The notes beneath the pieces are model-generated. The model had not been told where the DNA came from, did no database searches, and saw only the letters and a list, made by a program, of their open reading frames with translations. The position numbers and the translations under genes were made by a program. From an uncultured cyanobacterium (GTDB taxonomy: Bacteria; Cyanobacteriota; Cyanobacteriia; PCC-6307; Cyanobiaceae), in NCBI GenBank assembly GCA_963697335.1, contig CAVONQ010000008.1, forward strand, positions 32,001 through 96,000: DNA of 64,000 bases. Direction: 5' to 3'. How positions within the stretch are numbered: position 1 is the stretch's first letter; every line of letters starts with the position of its first letter. Positions 29,762 to 39,951 of the stretch are shown here, piece by piece.

Positions 29762-30826
29762 ATGGCCAGCAAGCGCGTCGCGGTGATCGGTGCCAGCGGT
29801 TATGGCGGCCTCCAGACCCTGCGGCTGCTGCAGGGGCATCCCGGGTTTGAGGTGAGCTTCCTGGGCGGGGAGCGCAGCAGCGGCAAACGCTGGAGCACCA
29901 TCACGCCCTTCCTTCCCCTGCCCGGTGATCCGCTGGTGCAGAGCCCCGACCCCGAGGCGATCGCTGCCGCCGCCGACTTCGCCGTGCTGAGCCTGCCGAA
30001 CGGCCTGGCCGCCCAGCTGGTGCCGCCGCTGCTGGAGCGCGGCGTGCGGGTGGTGGATCTCTCCGCCGACTACCGCTACCGCAGCCTGGAAACCTGGCAG
30101 ACGGTGTACAGCGCCGAGGCCGCGGCGGTGCCCCGTCAGGACGCCGACCTCTGTGCCGAGGCGGTCTACGGCCTGCCCGAGTGGGAGGGTCGCCGTTTGG
30201 CCACAGCCCGATTGGTGGCGGCCCCCGGCTGCTTCCCCACGGCCTCCCTGCTGGGTCTGCTGCCCCTGCTCAAGCAGGGCCTGATCGACACCAGCGGCAT
30301 CGTGATCGACGCCAAGACCGGCACCAGCGGCGGCGGCCGCGCCGCCAAGGAAAACCTGCTGCTGGCGGAGGCCGCCGAGGCGATCGCCCCCTACGGTGTG
30401 GTGGGCCACCGCCACACCAGCGAGATCGAGCAGATCGCCGGCCAGGTGGCCGGGCAACCCATCCAGCTGCAGTTCACCCCCCACCTGGTGCCGATGGTGC
30501 GCGGCCTGCTGGCCACCCTCTATGCCCGCCTGAGGGACCCCGGCCTCACCGCCGAGGACTGCCGCACGGTGCTGAGCTCCGCCTACCCGGACAGCCCCTG
30601 CGTGCAGGTGCTGCCGGTGGGCACCTACCCCTCCACCAAGTGGGTGCGCCAGACCAACCGCGCCCTGCTCTCGGTGCAGGCCGACCCGCGCACCGGCCAG
30701 CTGATCGTGATGGGGGCGATCGACAACCTGGTGAAGGGCCAGGCGGGCCAGGGCGTGCAGTGCCTCAACCTGATGGCCGGGCTGGAGGCCACCACGGGGC
30801 TGCCCTTGCTGCCCTTCTACCCCTAG
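29762..30826 (+). CDS. argC: N-acetyl-gamma-glutamyl-phosphate reductase
   Basis: GASGYGG, APGCFPT, TGTSGGG, IDNLVKGQAGQ. Confidence 0.96.
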   Translation: MASKRVAVIGASGYGGLQTLRLLQGHPGFEVSFLGGERSSGKRWSTITPFLPLPGDPLVQSPDPEAIAAAADFAVLSLPNGLAAQLVPPLLERGVRVVDLSADYRYRSLETWQTVYSAEAAAVPRQDADLCAEAVYGLPEWEGRRLATARLVAAPGCFPTASLLGLLPLLKQGLIDTSGIVIDAKTGTSGGGRAAKENLLLAEAAEAIAPYGVVGHRHTSEIEQIAGQVAGQPIQLQFTPHLVPMVRGLLATLYARLRDPGLTAEDCRTVLSSAYPDSPCVQVLPVGTYPSTKWVRQTNRALLSVQADPRTGQLIVMGAIDNLVKGQAGQGVQCLNLMAGLEATTGLPLLPFYP

Positions 30827-31512
30827 GCCTCCAGCTCCAGGGCCCGGGCCGCCAGGGCCACCCCCAGGGGCAGGAGGCGATGCTCTAGCGGCCTGATGCG
30901 TGCCGCCAGCTGGTCACGGCTGTCGCCGGCCAGCACCGGCACGGCCGCCTGCACCAGGATCCGGCCCGCATCCACCTCCTCGCTCACCAGGTGCACCGAG
31001 CAGCCGCTGAGGGTCACGCCGGCGGCGAGGGCCTGGCCCACGGCGTCGATGCCCCGAAAGCTGGGCAGCAGGGAGGGATGGATGTTCACCAGCCGGTCCG
31101 GGAAGGCGGCGATCAGGGTGGGGGTGACGATCCGCATCCAGCCCGCCATCACCACCAGATCGGCCCGGGCCTGGCGGAAGGCGGTGATCAGGGCCGCATC
31201 CAGGGCGGCGCGGCTGGGCTGCCGCCGGTGATCGATCAACTGGCAGGGGATCCCCAGCCGTTCGGCCCGCTGCTGGGCCCCGCAGCCGGGGTTGTTCACC
31301 ACCAGCAGCGCCACGTCGGCATGCAAAGCAGGCGGCTGCCCGCGGGTGGCGTCCACCAGGGCCTCGAAGTTGCTGCCCTCCCCGGAGGCCATCACGCCGA
31401 GGCGCAAGCGCGGGGCTCCGGGGCCGGGACCGACTGGTGCCAGGGGTGGCAATGGCCACTGGATGCTCGGCCAGTGATCGCTAGGGTCAGACAAAGCGGG
31501 CCTCGGCTCCAT
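30823..31512 (-). CDS. purN: Phosphoribosylglycinamide formyltransferase (start uncertain)
   Basis: MASGEGSNFEAL, MAGWMRI, NIHPSLLP, GCSVH..DAG. Confidence 0.93.
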   Translation of the reverse strand: MEPRPALSDPSDHWPSIQWPLPPLAPVGPGPGAPRLRLGVMASGEGSNFEALVDATRGQPPALHADVALLVVNNPGCGAQQRAERLGIPCQLIDHRRQPSRAALDAALITAFRQARADLVVMAGWMRIVTPTLIAAFPDRLVNIHPSLLPSFRGIDAVGQALAAGVTLSGCSVHLVSEEVDAGRILVQAAVPVLAGDSRDQLAARIRPLEHRLLPLGVALAARALELEA

Positions 31513-31855
31513 GTCCCATCTCTCCATCCTGCCCACCCAGTTCCGCGACATCGAGGGACTGGCTGCAAGCCTTGAGGCCCTCGGGCTCACCCCCAGCTAT
31601 GGCGGGGTGCTGCGGGGTTTTGCCGATGAGCGCCAGCCCGTGGCGCTGCAGGTGAGGGTGGAGGCGGAGCTGAGCCTGGGCTGGAGCCGCCAGTCCGACG
31701 GCTGCCTGGCTCTGGTGGGCGATCTGCAGCGCCTCAGCCGCAGCCGCTCCCTGCAGGGGCTCTTGGGTCGGCTCACCCGGGCCTACGCCGCCCGGTTGGC
31801 CCTCAGGGATGCCGGGCTCCACTTCGCCGATGCCCAGGTGAGCGTCAGCACCTGA
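31511..31855 (+). CDS. Ycf35 / DUF1257 family protein
   Basis: MSHLSILPT...LGW...LVGDL...LTRAYA. Confidence 0.8.
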   Translation: MSHLSILPTQFRDIEGLAASLEALGLTPSYGGVLRGFADERQPVALQVRVEAELSLGWSRQSDGCLALVGDLQRLSRSRSLQGLLGRLTRAYAARLALRDAGLHFADAQVSVST

Positions 31856-31857
31856 AG

Positions 31858-33621
31858 TTGCCTGTGTCGTCGCCTGCCCCAGCCTGCCCTCGCTTTCAGC
31901 TCGATCTCAGCCAGCCCAGCAGCCACCTGGTGGGGGTGCGGTTGCAGCACACGCCCCGAAGCCGTTACCTGCGCTTCGCGCTGCCGGCCTGGACGCCGGG
32001 CTCCTACCTGATCCGTGACTACGTGCGCCAGCTGGAGGGCCTGGAGCTACTGCAGGGCGGCCAGGCCCGCCGCCTGCGCCGGGTCGGCACCAGCCGCTGG
32101 CAGGTGGAGCTGCCCAGCCTGGAACCGCTGGAGATCCGCTACCGGATCCTGGCCACGGAGCTCACGGTGCGCACCTGCCACCTCGACAGCGACCACGGCT
32201 TCCTGGCCCTGGCCGCTGTGGCCCTCGAACTGGAGGGGGAGCGCTGGAGTCCCCAGACCCTGGAGCTGCGGCTGCCGCCGGAGTGGCAGGCCTTCGTGGC
32301 CCTGCCCCAGGACCCCTCCGGCCGCTGGCAGGCGAGCAGCTTTGATCAGTTGGTGGACACGCCGGTGGAGGTGGGGCCCCACCGCTGCCACCAGTTCAGC
32401 GTGGCCGGGGTGCCCCACCGCTGGGTGAGCTGGGGCCGCACCCTGGCCGGCGAGGATCTGCCGTCACCGGCCCCCCGCTGGCTGGCGGATGTGGAGCAGG
32501 TGTGCCTGGCCTGCTGCCGCCTGATGGGGGTGGAGCGGCCGGCCGCCGAGGCCTATCTGTTCGTGCTGCACCTGAACGCCAACGGCTATGGCGGGCTTGA
32601 GCACGACAGCAGCACCGTGCTGCAGTTCGGCCGCCGGCGCCTGGCCCGGCCGGAGGGCCGCCGCAAGCTGCTGCAGCTGGTGGCCCACGAATACCTGCAC
32701 CAGTGGAACGTGCGGCGGCTGCGGCCCGCCGAGCTCACCCCCTACGACTACGGCCAGGCGGTGGTGATTCCCACGCTCTGGTTCGCCGAAGGCATCACCA
32801 GCTACGTGGACCAGCTGCTGCCCCACAGCGCCGGGCTGTGCAGCGCCGCTGACGTGCTCGACGACCTCGGCACCGATCTGAGCCGTTATCTGTTGACCCC
32901 CGGCCGGGGCGTGCAGAGCCTGCGTCAGAGCGGCGAGGAGGCCTGGGTGAAGCTCTACCGCGCCGATGCTGACGCCCCCAACAACCAGATCAGCTACTAC
33001 CTCAAAGGCGCCGTGGTGGCTCTGGTGCTCGACCTGCACCTGCGTCGCCTGGGCAGTGGCCTGCCGGTGGTGTTGCGGCAGCTCTGGCGGCGGCTGGGCA
33101 GCGTGGGCCGTGGTTACCGGGAGGCCGACCTGTTGGAGGCCTTTGCCGCCGAGGCCCCTGACCTCCAAACCCTGCTTCCGGCCTGGCTGGAGGGCTTGGA
33201 AGACCCCCCTCTGGCCTCCTATCTGGCCGATGTGGGGCTGAGCCTCCAGCCCCGCAGCGAGAGCGGTGCCTGGGTGGGGTGGCAGCTGCAGAGTGGCACA
33301 GGGGGGTTGACGTTGCAGCGGGTTTTGCGGGACTCTCCAGCCCAACAGGCTGGATTGATGGTGGGGGATGAATTGCTGGCCCTGAAAGGCTGGCGCCTGC
33401 ATCAACCGGACGACGTGGCCCCACTCCTTGAGCCTGCAGCAGCCCTCGGCACGGCGGAAGACGCGATCCCGCTGCTGTATGCCCGCGATGGCCAGGTGAG
33501 AGCCACCCATCTCAGCCCTGCCCCGCCCGCCACCGAAGGCTGGGATCTGAAGCCAGATGCCGAAGCTGACGCGGCCAGCCTGGAACGGCGGCGCCGCTGG
33601 CTGGCTCTGGAGCTGCCGTGA
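31858..33621 (+). CDS. M61 family metallopeptidase with PDZ domain
   Basis: PAWTPGSY, GGLEH, AHEYLHQWN (HExxH), LWFAEGITSY, SPAQQAGL..GDEL. Confidence 0.92.
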   Translation: MPVSSPAPACPRFQLDLSQPSSHLVGVRLQHTPRSRYLRFALPAWTPGSYLIRDYVRQLEGLELLQGGQARRLRRVGTSRWQVELPSLEPLEIRYRILATELTVRTCHLDSDHGFLALAAVALELEGERWSPQTLELRLPPEWQAFVALPQDPSGRWQASSFDQLVDTPVEVGPHRCHQFSVAGVPHRWVSWGRTLAGEDLPSPAPRWLADVEQVCLACCRLMGVERPAAEAYLFVLHLNANGYGGLEHDSSTVLQFGRRRLARPEGRRKLLQLVAHEYLHQWNVRRLRPAELTPYDYGQAVVIPTLWFAEGITSYVDQLLPHSAGLCSAADVLDDLGTDLSRYLLTPGRGVQSLRQSGEEAWVKLYRADADAPNNQISYYLKGAVVALVLDLHLRRLGSGLPVVLRQLWRRLGSVGRGYREADLLEAFAAEAPDLQTLLPAWLEGLEDPPLASYLADVGLSLQPRSESGAWVGWQLQSGTGGLTLQRVLRDSPAQQAGLMVGDELLALKGWRLHQPDDVAPLLEPAAALGTAEDAIPLLYARDGQVRATHLSPAPPATEGWDLKPDAEADAASLERRRRWLALELP

Positions 33622-34526
33622 ACCTTCGCCAGCGTCCCTACATGCTCGCCGGCGTTGCGGCCTCTGGTGTGCTCCTCCTCGCCGGCATCGGCTGGCTTGC
33701 TGCCACCCTGGGCGGAGCCTCGGCGGGGGATCCCAGCCAGGCCACCCTGATGGAGCTGCTGGAGGAGGTGCGCACGCCCCCCATGGCCCCCCGGCCGGGC
33801 CGCCGCAATGCCCCGTCCCCTCCCGTTCCCAGCGATTGGACGTCGCCCCTGGCCGGGGGCACCTGCGCTGGCTCTGGTTCGGCGGATTCACCGCGGTTGC
33901 GGGCCCAGCTCGATCGCCTGCGCACGGCACCGCTGCGGCTCAGGATCGACCCCAGCAACTACGGCACCCGCTTCAACCGCGATGCCTTCGGCAACCCCCT
34001 CGACACCACGCCGCGGGTGGTGATCCTGCACGAAACCGTCTTCGGCATCAGCTCGGCCATCAACACCTTCCTCACGCCCCATCCCCGCGATGAAGACCAG
34101 GTGAGCTACCACGCCGTGATCGGCCTGGATGGCAAGACGGTGCTGCTGCTCGACCCCAGCTCCCGGGCCTTCGGAGCGGGTAACTCCGCTTTCCGGGGTC
34201 AGTGGGTGGTGACCAATCCCGACTTCAGCGGTTCGGTGAACAACTTCGCCCTGCACGTGAGCCTGGAGACGCCCCTGGATGGTGAGGACACGGGTCCCAG
34301 CCACAGCGGCTACACCCCGGCCCAGTACGACGCCCTGGCGGTGCTGCTGGCCGACTGGATGGAGCGCTTCCCCATTCCCCCCGACCACATCACCACCCAC
34401 CAGGCGGTGGACCTGGGCGGCGAGCGCATGGATCCCAGAAGCTTTGACTGGCAGGCCCTGAAGACACGGTTGTCGGCCCTGAAGGCCTTCTGCGACAGCC
34501 CCGGCACCACCACAGCCCGCAACTGA
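33618..34526 (+). CDS. N-acetylmuramoyl-L-alanine amidase (Amidase_2-like), N-terminal membrane anchor
   Basis: VILHET, VSYH, RAFGAGNS, VNNFALHVSLE, TTHQAVD...DP. Confidence 0.85.
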   Translation: MNLRQRPYMLAGVAASGVLLLAGIGWLAATLGGASAGDPSQATLMELLEEVRTPPMAPRPGRRNAPSPPVPSDWTSPLAGGTCAGSGSADSPRLRAQLDRLRTAPLRLRIDPSNYGTRFNRDAFGNPLDTTPRVVILHETVFGISSAINTFLTPHPRDEDQVSYHAVIGLDGKTVLLLDPSSRAFGAGNSAFRGQWVVTNPDFSGSVNNFALHVSLETPLDGEDTGPSHSGYTPAQYDALAVLLADWMERFPIPPDHITTHQAVDLGGERMDPRSFDWQALKTRLSALKAFCDSPGTTTARN

Positions 34527-34544
34527 GCAGGACCGCCGCTGAAG

Positions 34545-35360
34545 TCAGATCAGAGGCGAGAGGTCAGGCCGGCGCTGGCCGTAGAGGAGGGCGTGCAGTT
34601 CCGGATCCTGCATCGAGCGCAGGATGCGGCGGTGATAGTCGAGCTTGCCGTTGTGCAGGTAGGCCAGGGTGGCCAGGGCCTTGGCCTCGCGAGGACCGGC
34701 GCTGGCCTGGAGCACCCGGCCGGAGGGGAAGTCGAGATCGCGGCTGAGACGGGCGAACTTGCCCACCAGCAGGCGCACGTTCTGCTCAGGATCAAGCAGT
34801 TGGCTGCGGGCCTCCATCACCTCCTCGTCGGTGGCCTGGGCTTCCAGGAGCCCCTGATGCACCATTTCGCCCAGGCCCAGCTGGGCCGGTCCATGGGTGC
34901 TGAACAGGCCGGAATGGGCCGCCAGGGGCAGGTCTTCCCCTGGCTTGGCATGGCGCATCTCATCGAACAGCACGGCGGTCACCAGCATCGGGTTGATGTG
35001 GTGGCGCGCCGATTCGCTCAGGATCACCGGCCGCAGTTCCTCCAGCCGCCCCAGGGCATGGCTGCGCAGGGGCTGGAACTGATCGATGCCCTCGGTGAAC
35101 AGCTGGGCCAGGCGGGGCTGGGGCCCATGCACGCCGAAACGCCGCTGCAGCTCCTGCAGCTCACTGGCGGAGAACTGCAGCGGATCGGCCTGGGCGCCGC
35201 CATCGGGGTAATTGATGCTGCCACTCAGCCCCGGGTCGATCAGCAGAGGGGACTCAGGCACCCAGCGGCCTGCAGGAGCGAGCAGCGCCACCGCCAGGGC
35301 AGTCAGCACCCCGAAGCGTCGCCTCAGGCGCTGCCTTGGTGGCATCGCCAGAGCGATCAC
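34545..35360 (-). CDS. Conserved exported hypothetical protein, lysozyme/SLT-like motif order
   Basis: INPMLVTAVLFDE...GPAQL...LLDPEQNV...LAYLHNG. Confidence 0.65.
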   Translation of the reverse strand: MIALAMPPRQRLRRRFGVLTALAVALLAPAGRWVPESPLLIDPGLSGSINYPDGGAQADPLQFSASELQELQRRFGVHGPQPRLAQLFTEGIDQFQPLRSHALGRLEELRPVILSESARHHINPMLVTAVLFDEMRHAKPGEDLPLAAHSGLFSTHGPAQLGLGEMVHQGLLEAQATDEEVMEARSQLLDPEQNVRLLVGKFARLSRDLDFPSGRVLQASAGPREAKALATLAYLHNGKLDYHRRILRSMQDPELHALLYGQRRPDLSPLI

Positions 35361-35634
35361 AGCCGGTCGCCGTTCGGCCAGGTCTCCGCCGCCGCTACGC
35401 CCAGGTTCTGGACCTGGGCTGCACCAGCCCGGCTGGCAGGCTGGGATCGAGGCTTGAAACCGGAGCGCACAGGCAGCACATCAAACACGAAGATCATATT
35501 AAGAAGCCTGTCCAGCCTTTGATCTGTGCGTCGAACGGTCCCGTGGCCGGCACCTGACGCGGGGAGGCGTCGGGATCAGACCTAGTTTCTGGGCGTCAGA
35601 CCCGGTGCCCCAGGGCGCAACCCCAGCCGACTCC

Positions 35635-37263
35635 ATGCCTGCCGACTTCGATGGTTCCAGCCCCGCCACCCAGTGGAGCCGTTTCTGTGACCTGCTCTGG
35701 TACCACGATGGCCTGGGTGTCTGGCTCGATGTGAGCCGGATGGCCCTCAACCAGGCCGACCTCAGCCGTCTGGAGCCCGGTTTCGCCTCGGCCTTCACCG
35801 CGATGGCGGCCTTGGAGCAGGGTGCGATCGCCAACCCCGACGAGCAGCGGATGGTGGGGCACTACTGGCTGCGGGCCCCCGGGCTGGCCCCGGATGCGGC
35901 CACCGCCGACCACATTGCCGCGGAGATCGACCAGATTGAGTCCTTCGCCACGAAGGTGCTCTCCGGTGCCCTGCGGGCCCCTGGGGCGGTGCCCTTCAGC
36001 GACGTGCTCTGGATCGGCATCGGCGGCTCCGGCCTGGGCCCCCTGCTGATCATCGAGGCCCTGCAGCAGGAGGGCTGCGGCTTGCCCTTCCACTTCATCG
36101 ACAACGTCGATCCCCAGGGCATCAGCCGCATCCTGGCCCGGCTCGGGGAGCGCCTGCGCACCACCCTGGTGATCGTGGTGAGCAAGTCCGGCGGCACGCC
36201 GGAGCCCCGCATCGCCATGGAGCAGGTGCGTGAGCGGCTGGGCAGCCTCGGCGGCCACTGGGCCCAGCAGGCCGTGGCGGTGACGATGGTGGGCAGCCGT
36301 CTGGACCGCCTCGCCAGCCAGGAGCAGTGGCTGGCCCGCTTCGACATGTTCGATTGGGTGGGCGGTCGCACCAGCATCACCAGCGCCGTGGGGCTGCTGC
36401 CCGCCGCCCTGGTGGGCGCGGATCTGCGCGCTTTTCTCGATGGCGCCGCCCAGATGGACGAGGCCACTCGTTGCCCCACCGTGGCGGCCAACCCCGCCGC
36501 CCTGATGGCCGCCGCCTGGCACGTGGCCGGCCATGGTCGCGGCGAGCGGGACATGGTGCTGCTGCCCTACCGCGACCGCCTGGCCGTGTTCAGCCGCTAC
36601 CTGCAGCAGCTGGTGATGGAGAGCCTCGGCAAGCGCCTCGACCGCGATGGCCAGGTGGTGAACCAGGGCATCGCCGTGTACGGCAACAAGGGCTCCACCG
36701 ACCAGCACGCCTATGTGCAGCAGCTGCGCGATGGCGTGGACAACTTCTTCGTGACCTTCATCGAGGCCCTCGATGATCCCAGCGACCTTCCCGCCCTCCA
36801 AGGCGAGTGGCCCGGGGATGTGCTGGAGGGGTTCCTGCAGGGCACCCGCACTGCCCTGATGGAGAGCGGCCGCCAGAGCCTCTCGATCAGCCTGCGCCGC
36901 TTCGACGCCCGCAGCCTGGGCGTGCTGGTGGCCCTGTTCGAGCGCGCCGTGGGCTTCTATGCCGAGCTGGTGAACATCAACGCCTACGACCAGCCCGGCG
37001 TGGAGGCAGGCAAGCTGGCTGCCGCCTCGATCCTGGAGCTGCAGGGCCGCCTGCATCAACTGCTTGCCGATGGCCAGCCCCGCAGCCTGGAACAGATGCG
37101 CCAGGCCCTGGAGGTGCCCTCAGCCGAGCCCCTGTTCTGGATCCTGCGCCACCTCTGCGCCAACCAGCCCGGCTACATCGTGGAGGGCGACTGGGGCAGC
37201 CCCGAGAGCCTGGTGGTGGCCAAGACCGCGAGTGCTGGGGTTGTGGCCCGGGCTTCGGCCTGA
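35635..37263 (+). CDS. pgi: Glucose-6-phosphate isomerase
   Basis: IGIGGSGLGP, SKSGGTPE, DWVGGRTS, QQLVMESLGK, YDQPGVEAGK. Confidence 0.97.
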   Translation: MPADFDGSSPATQWSRFCDLLWYHDGLGVWLDVSRMALNQADLSRLEPGFASAFTAMAALEQGAIANPDEQRMVGHYWLRAPGLAPDAATADHIAAEIDQIESFATKVLSGALRAPGAVPFSDVLWIGIGGSGLGPLLIIEALQQEGCGLPFHFIDNVDPQGISRILARLGERLRTTLVIVVSKSGGTPEPRIAMEQVRERLGSLGGHWAQQAVAVTMVGSRLDRLASQEQWLARFDMFDWVGGRTSITSAVGLLPAALVGADLRAFLDGAAQMDEATRCPTVAANPAALMAAAWHVAGHGRGERDMVLLPYRDRLAVFSRYLQQLVMESLGKRLDRDGQVVNQGIAVYGNKGSTDQHAYVQQLRDGVDNFFVTFIEALDDPSDLPALQGEWPGDVLEGFLQGTRTALMESGRQSLSISLRRFDARSLGVLVALFERAVGFYAELVNINAYDQPGVEAGKLAAASILELQGRLHQLLADGQPRSLEQMRQALEVPSAEPLFWILRHLCANQPGYIVEGDWGSPESLVVAKTASAGVVARASA

Positions 37264-37281
37264 TCGGCCTGATCAGGCTGA

Positions 37282-38112
37282 TCAGCTGGAGGCGCTGGTG
37301 TAGTGGCGCAGGGCGTAGCGCCAGAACCAGCGGCTAGCCACGAAGGTGGCCAGCGCCATCGCCAGCCCACCGACCGCCCAAAGCGGTTCACCCCGCCCCA
37401 GCACGGCCTCGGCCGGCACCGTGGTGAGGAAGGCCACAGGCAGCACAAAGGTGAACACCAGCCGCAGGGCCTGGGGGTAGGCACTCACCGGATAGCGGCC
37501 GGCCACCAGGGTGTAGCGCAGCACCTCGGTGGCGTTCCACACCTTCACAAACCAGATGCTGAGGGCCGCCAGCACGAACCAGAGGCTGTAGAGGATCACG
37601 GCGCTGGCCGCCAGCAGGGAGGCACTGAGCAGGAGCCCCAGGGGATTCCAGCTGGCGCCGGCCCGGGCGGCGGCCCAGCCGCACAGCCCGAAGCCGGCCA
37701 GGATCCCCGGCAGCCCCCAGGGCGAGATCATGCGGGTGGAGAGCCAGAACTGGCTGTCCAGGGGCTTCAGCAGCACGAAATCGAGGCTGCCGTTCTGCAC
37801 GTGCCCCACGATCCGGCTCAGGTTGGGCTGCAGCAGGCTGGTGGTGAAGCCATCGAGCACGGTGTAGAGGCCCAGCACCACCAGAGCTTCATCCCAGCTC
37901 CAACCCCCCAGGTTGGCGCTGCTCTGCCGCTCCGGCCCTCCGAACAGCAGCCCCAGCACGAACACACTGCCCGCCAGGTTGCCCAGCACCGAGAGGGCCT
38001 CGATCCAGAAGTTGGCCGGGTATTCGAGTTCGGCGCTCAGCGACGTGGCCCAGAAGCTGCCCAGGCTGCGCCAGTAGCGCCCGAGCCTGGAGGGGAGGTC
38101 TGGTGTCGGCAT
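37282..38112 (-). CDS. ABC-2 family permease
   Basis: GGWSWDE, GSLDFVLLKPLDSQF, RHYTSASS. Confidence 0.88.
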   Translation of the reverse strand: MPTPDLPSRLGRYWRSLGSFWATSLSAELEYPANFWIEALSVLGNLAGSVFVLGLLFGGPERQSSANLGGWSWDEALVVLGLYTVLDGFTTSLLQPNLSRIVGHVQNGSLDFVLLKPLDSQFWLSTRMISPWGLPGILAGFGLCGWAAARAGASWNPLGLLLSASLLAASAVILYSLWFVLAALSIWFVKVWNATEVLRYTLVAGRYPVSAYPQALRLVFTFVLPVAFLTTVPAEAVLGRGEPLWAVGGLAMALATFVASRWFWRYALRHYTSASS

Positions 38113-38918
38113 CAGGCCCCCATGGAGGAGTAGCGCCGCAGTCCCCGGCGCCAGAGCCAGGCGGCGATGGGCAGCAACAGGGCGCACCAGGCGGCGATGG
38201 TGGCGAAGCCCAGCGGCGCCGACACCGGCAACCCCGCCAGCAGCCGGGCCGGGAAGTCGACCATCCAGGGGAAGGGGGTGGCGAGCGCCAGCCGACGCAT
38301 GCCCGGAGGGAAGCTGTCGAGGGGGGCCACCAGGCCGGAGAGGAACAGGTAGGGGATCAACAGCAGCCGATCCAGGGCGGCGGCGCGCTCGGTCCAGAAG
38401 CAGGCCATCGCCACCACGGTCTGCAGCAGGAAGCGCAGCAGAAAGGCGGCCCCGATCGCCAGCAGGCCAAGCAGCAGCTGCGGGATCGGGGGCAGCCACA
38501 GCCCACCAGGCAGCAGCAGGGCCAGGGGCAGCAGCATCAGGGCCACGAACGGCACCCGGGTGCCCTGCTCAGCCACGTGGGCGGCCAGATAGCGCCACAG
38601 GGGCAGCAGGGGTTGCAGCAGCAGGGGGGAGAGCTTGCCCTGCAGGGTGTCCTCCTCGAACACGTGGATCAGCCACACCACGCTGAACTGGCGCACCAGA
38701 AAGGCGGCCAGGAAATAGCGGCGCAGCTGGATGGGATCCAGCCCCGAGGCGCCACTGGCCTCGGCGCCGCTCCACACCCCCAGCATGATCAGGGGCAACA
38801 CGCCCGAGAGGGCCCAGAGGGCGATTTCGGCCCGATACTCGAGCATGTAGGCGTACTGGGTGACCAGCAGGGTCCAGGCGATGCGCCAGGCCCGCCGCGG
38901 GCGCCATGGGCCGCTCAT
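38112..38918 (-). CDS. ABC-2 family permease
   Basis: MLEYRAEI, GKLSPLLLQP, LSGLVAPL, GLRRYSSMGA. Confidence 0.88.
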   Translation of the reverse strand: MSGPWRPRRAWRIAWTLLVTQYAYMLEYRAEIALWALSGVLPLIMLGVWSGAEASGASGLDPIQLRRYFLAAFLVRQFSVVWLIHVFEEDTLQGKLSPLLLQPLLPLWRYLAAHVAEQGTRVPFVALMLLPLALLLPGGLWLPPIPQLLLGLLAIGAAFLLRFLLQTVVAMACFWTERAAALDRLLLIPYLFLSGLVAPLDSFPPGMRRLALATPFPWMVDFPARLLAGLPVSAPLGFATIAAWCALLLPIAAWLWRRGLRRYSSMGA

Positions 38919-39898
38919 CGGCCGGCCTCGCGGCGGAACAACCCGCCGATCAGCTCGTCGATCGGCGGGTCGCCCACCTCCAGATCGCTCACCTCGAAGC
39001 GGCTGAGCAGGGCGGCCACCCGCTCGGTGAGCTGCTGGCGCGGAATGCGCAGCCGCACGTGGTGGCCCTGGTGTTCATCCACCAGGCCGTAGGCCTCGAA
39101 GCAGCCGGCCGGCTGCAGCTCCTGCAACTCCAGACGGACCTGCCGATGGGGGGCCAGCTCCTGGGTGAGCCGCTCCAGGGAGCCGTCATGGAACAGCCGG
39201 CCCTGGTGGATCAGCAGCACCCGGGGACACAGCGCCGTGATGTCACCCATGTCGTGGCTGGTGAGCAGCACGGTGGCGCCGGTACGGCGGTTGTAGTCGG
39301 CGAGAAACTCCCGCACCCGGGCCTGGGCGTTCACGTCGAGGCCGAGGGTGGGCTCATCGAGGAAGAGCACGGCCGGCCGGTGCAGCAGCGCGGCCAGCAG
39401 CTCGGCCTTCATGCGCTGCCCCAGGGAGAGCTTTCGGACCGGCCGGCGCAGTTCGCTGCCCAGCTCCAGCATCTCGGAGAGCTCGGCGATGCGCTGCTGG
39501 GCGGTGCTGTCGTCGATGCCGTAGACGGCCGCATTGACCCGGAAGCTGTCGAGGGCCGGCAGATCCCAGATCAGCTGCTGGCGGTTGCCCATCACCAGGG
39601 TGATCTGCTGCAGGAAGCGCTCCTGGCGCTGGAAGGGCACACAGCCCGCCACCTGCACGGAGCCGCCGCTGGGGTGGATCAGGCCGGTGAGCATTTTCAG
39701 GGTGGTGGTCTTACCGGCGCCGTTCGGCCCCAGGAAGCCCACCATCTCGCCGGGCTCGATCTGGAAGCTCACCCCCTGCACGGCCGGCACATCCCGGTGG
39801 CGCCGCCGCACCAGGTGCTCCAGGGTGCCGCGCAGGCCCGGGCGCTTCTCGGCCACCCGGTAGTGCTTCCTCAACTGGCGCACGTCGATGATCGGCAT
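38915..39898 (-). CDS. ABC transporter ATP-binding protein
   Basis: GPNGAGKTT, LSLGQRM, LFLDEPTLGLD. Confidence 0.93.
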   Translation of the reverse strand: MPIIDVRQLRKHYRVAEKRPGLRGTLEHLVRRRHRDVPAVQGVSFQIEPGEMVGFLGPNGAGKTTTLKMLTGLIHPSGGSVQVAGCVPFQRQERFLQQITLVMGNRQQLIWDLPALDSFRVNAAVYGIDDSTAQQRIAELSEMLELGSELRRPVRKLSLGQRMKAELLAALLHRPAVLFLDEPTLGLDVNAQARVREFLADYNRRTGATVLLTSHDMGDITALCPRVLLIHQGRLFHDGSLERLTQELAPHRQVRLELQELQPAGCFEAYGLVDEHQGHHVRLRIPRQQLTERVAALLSRFEVSDLEVGDPPIDELIGGLFRREAGR

Positions 39899-39951
39899 CG
39901 CCGCGCCTCCGAACCAGTCGGCATTCTGGGGGCCCTGCCGTCCCGGTTGCC

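Noticed and set aside
37258..37290. Triple CTGATC repeat between pgi and the ABC permease
   Set aside because: Very short and no U-tract; at most a weak hairpin between convergent genes.
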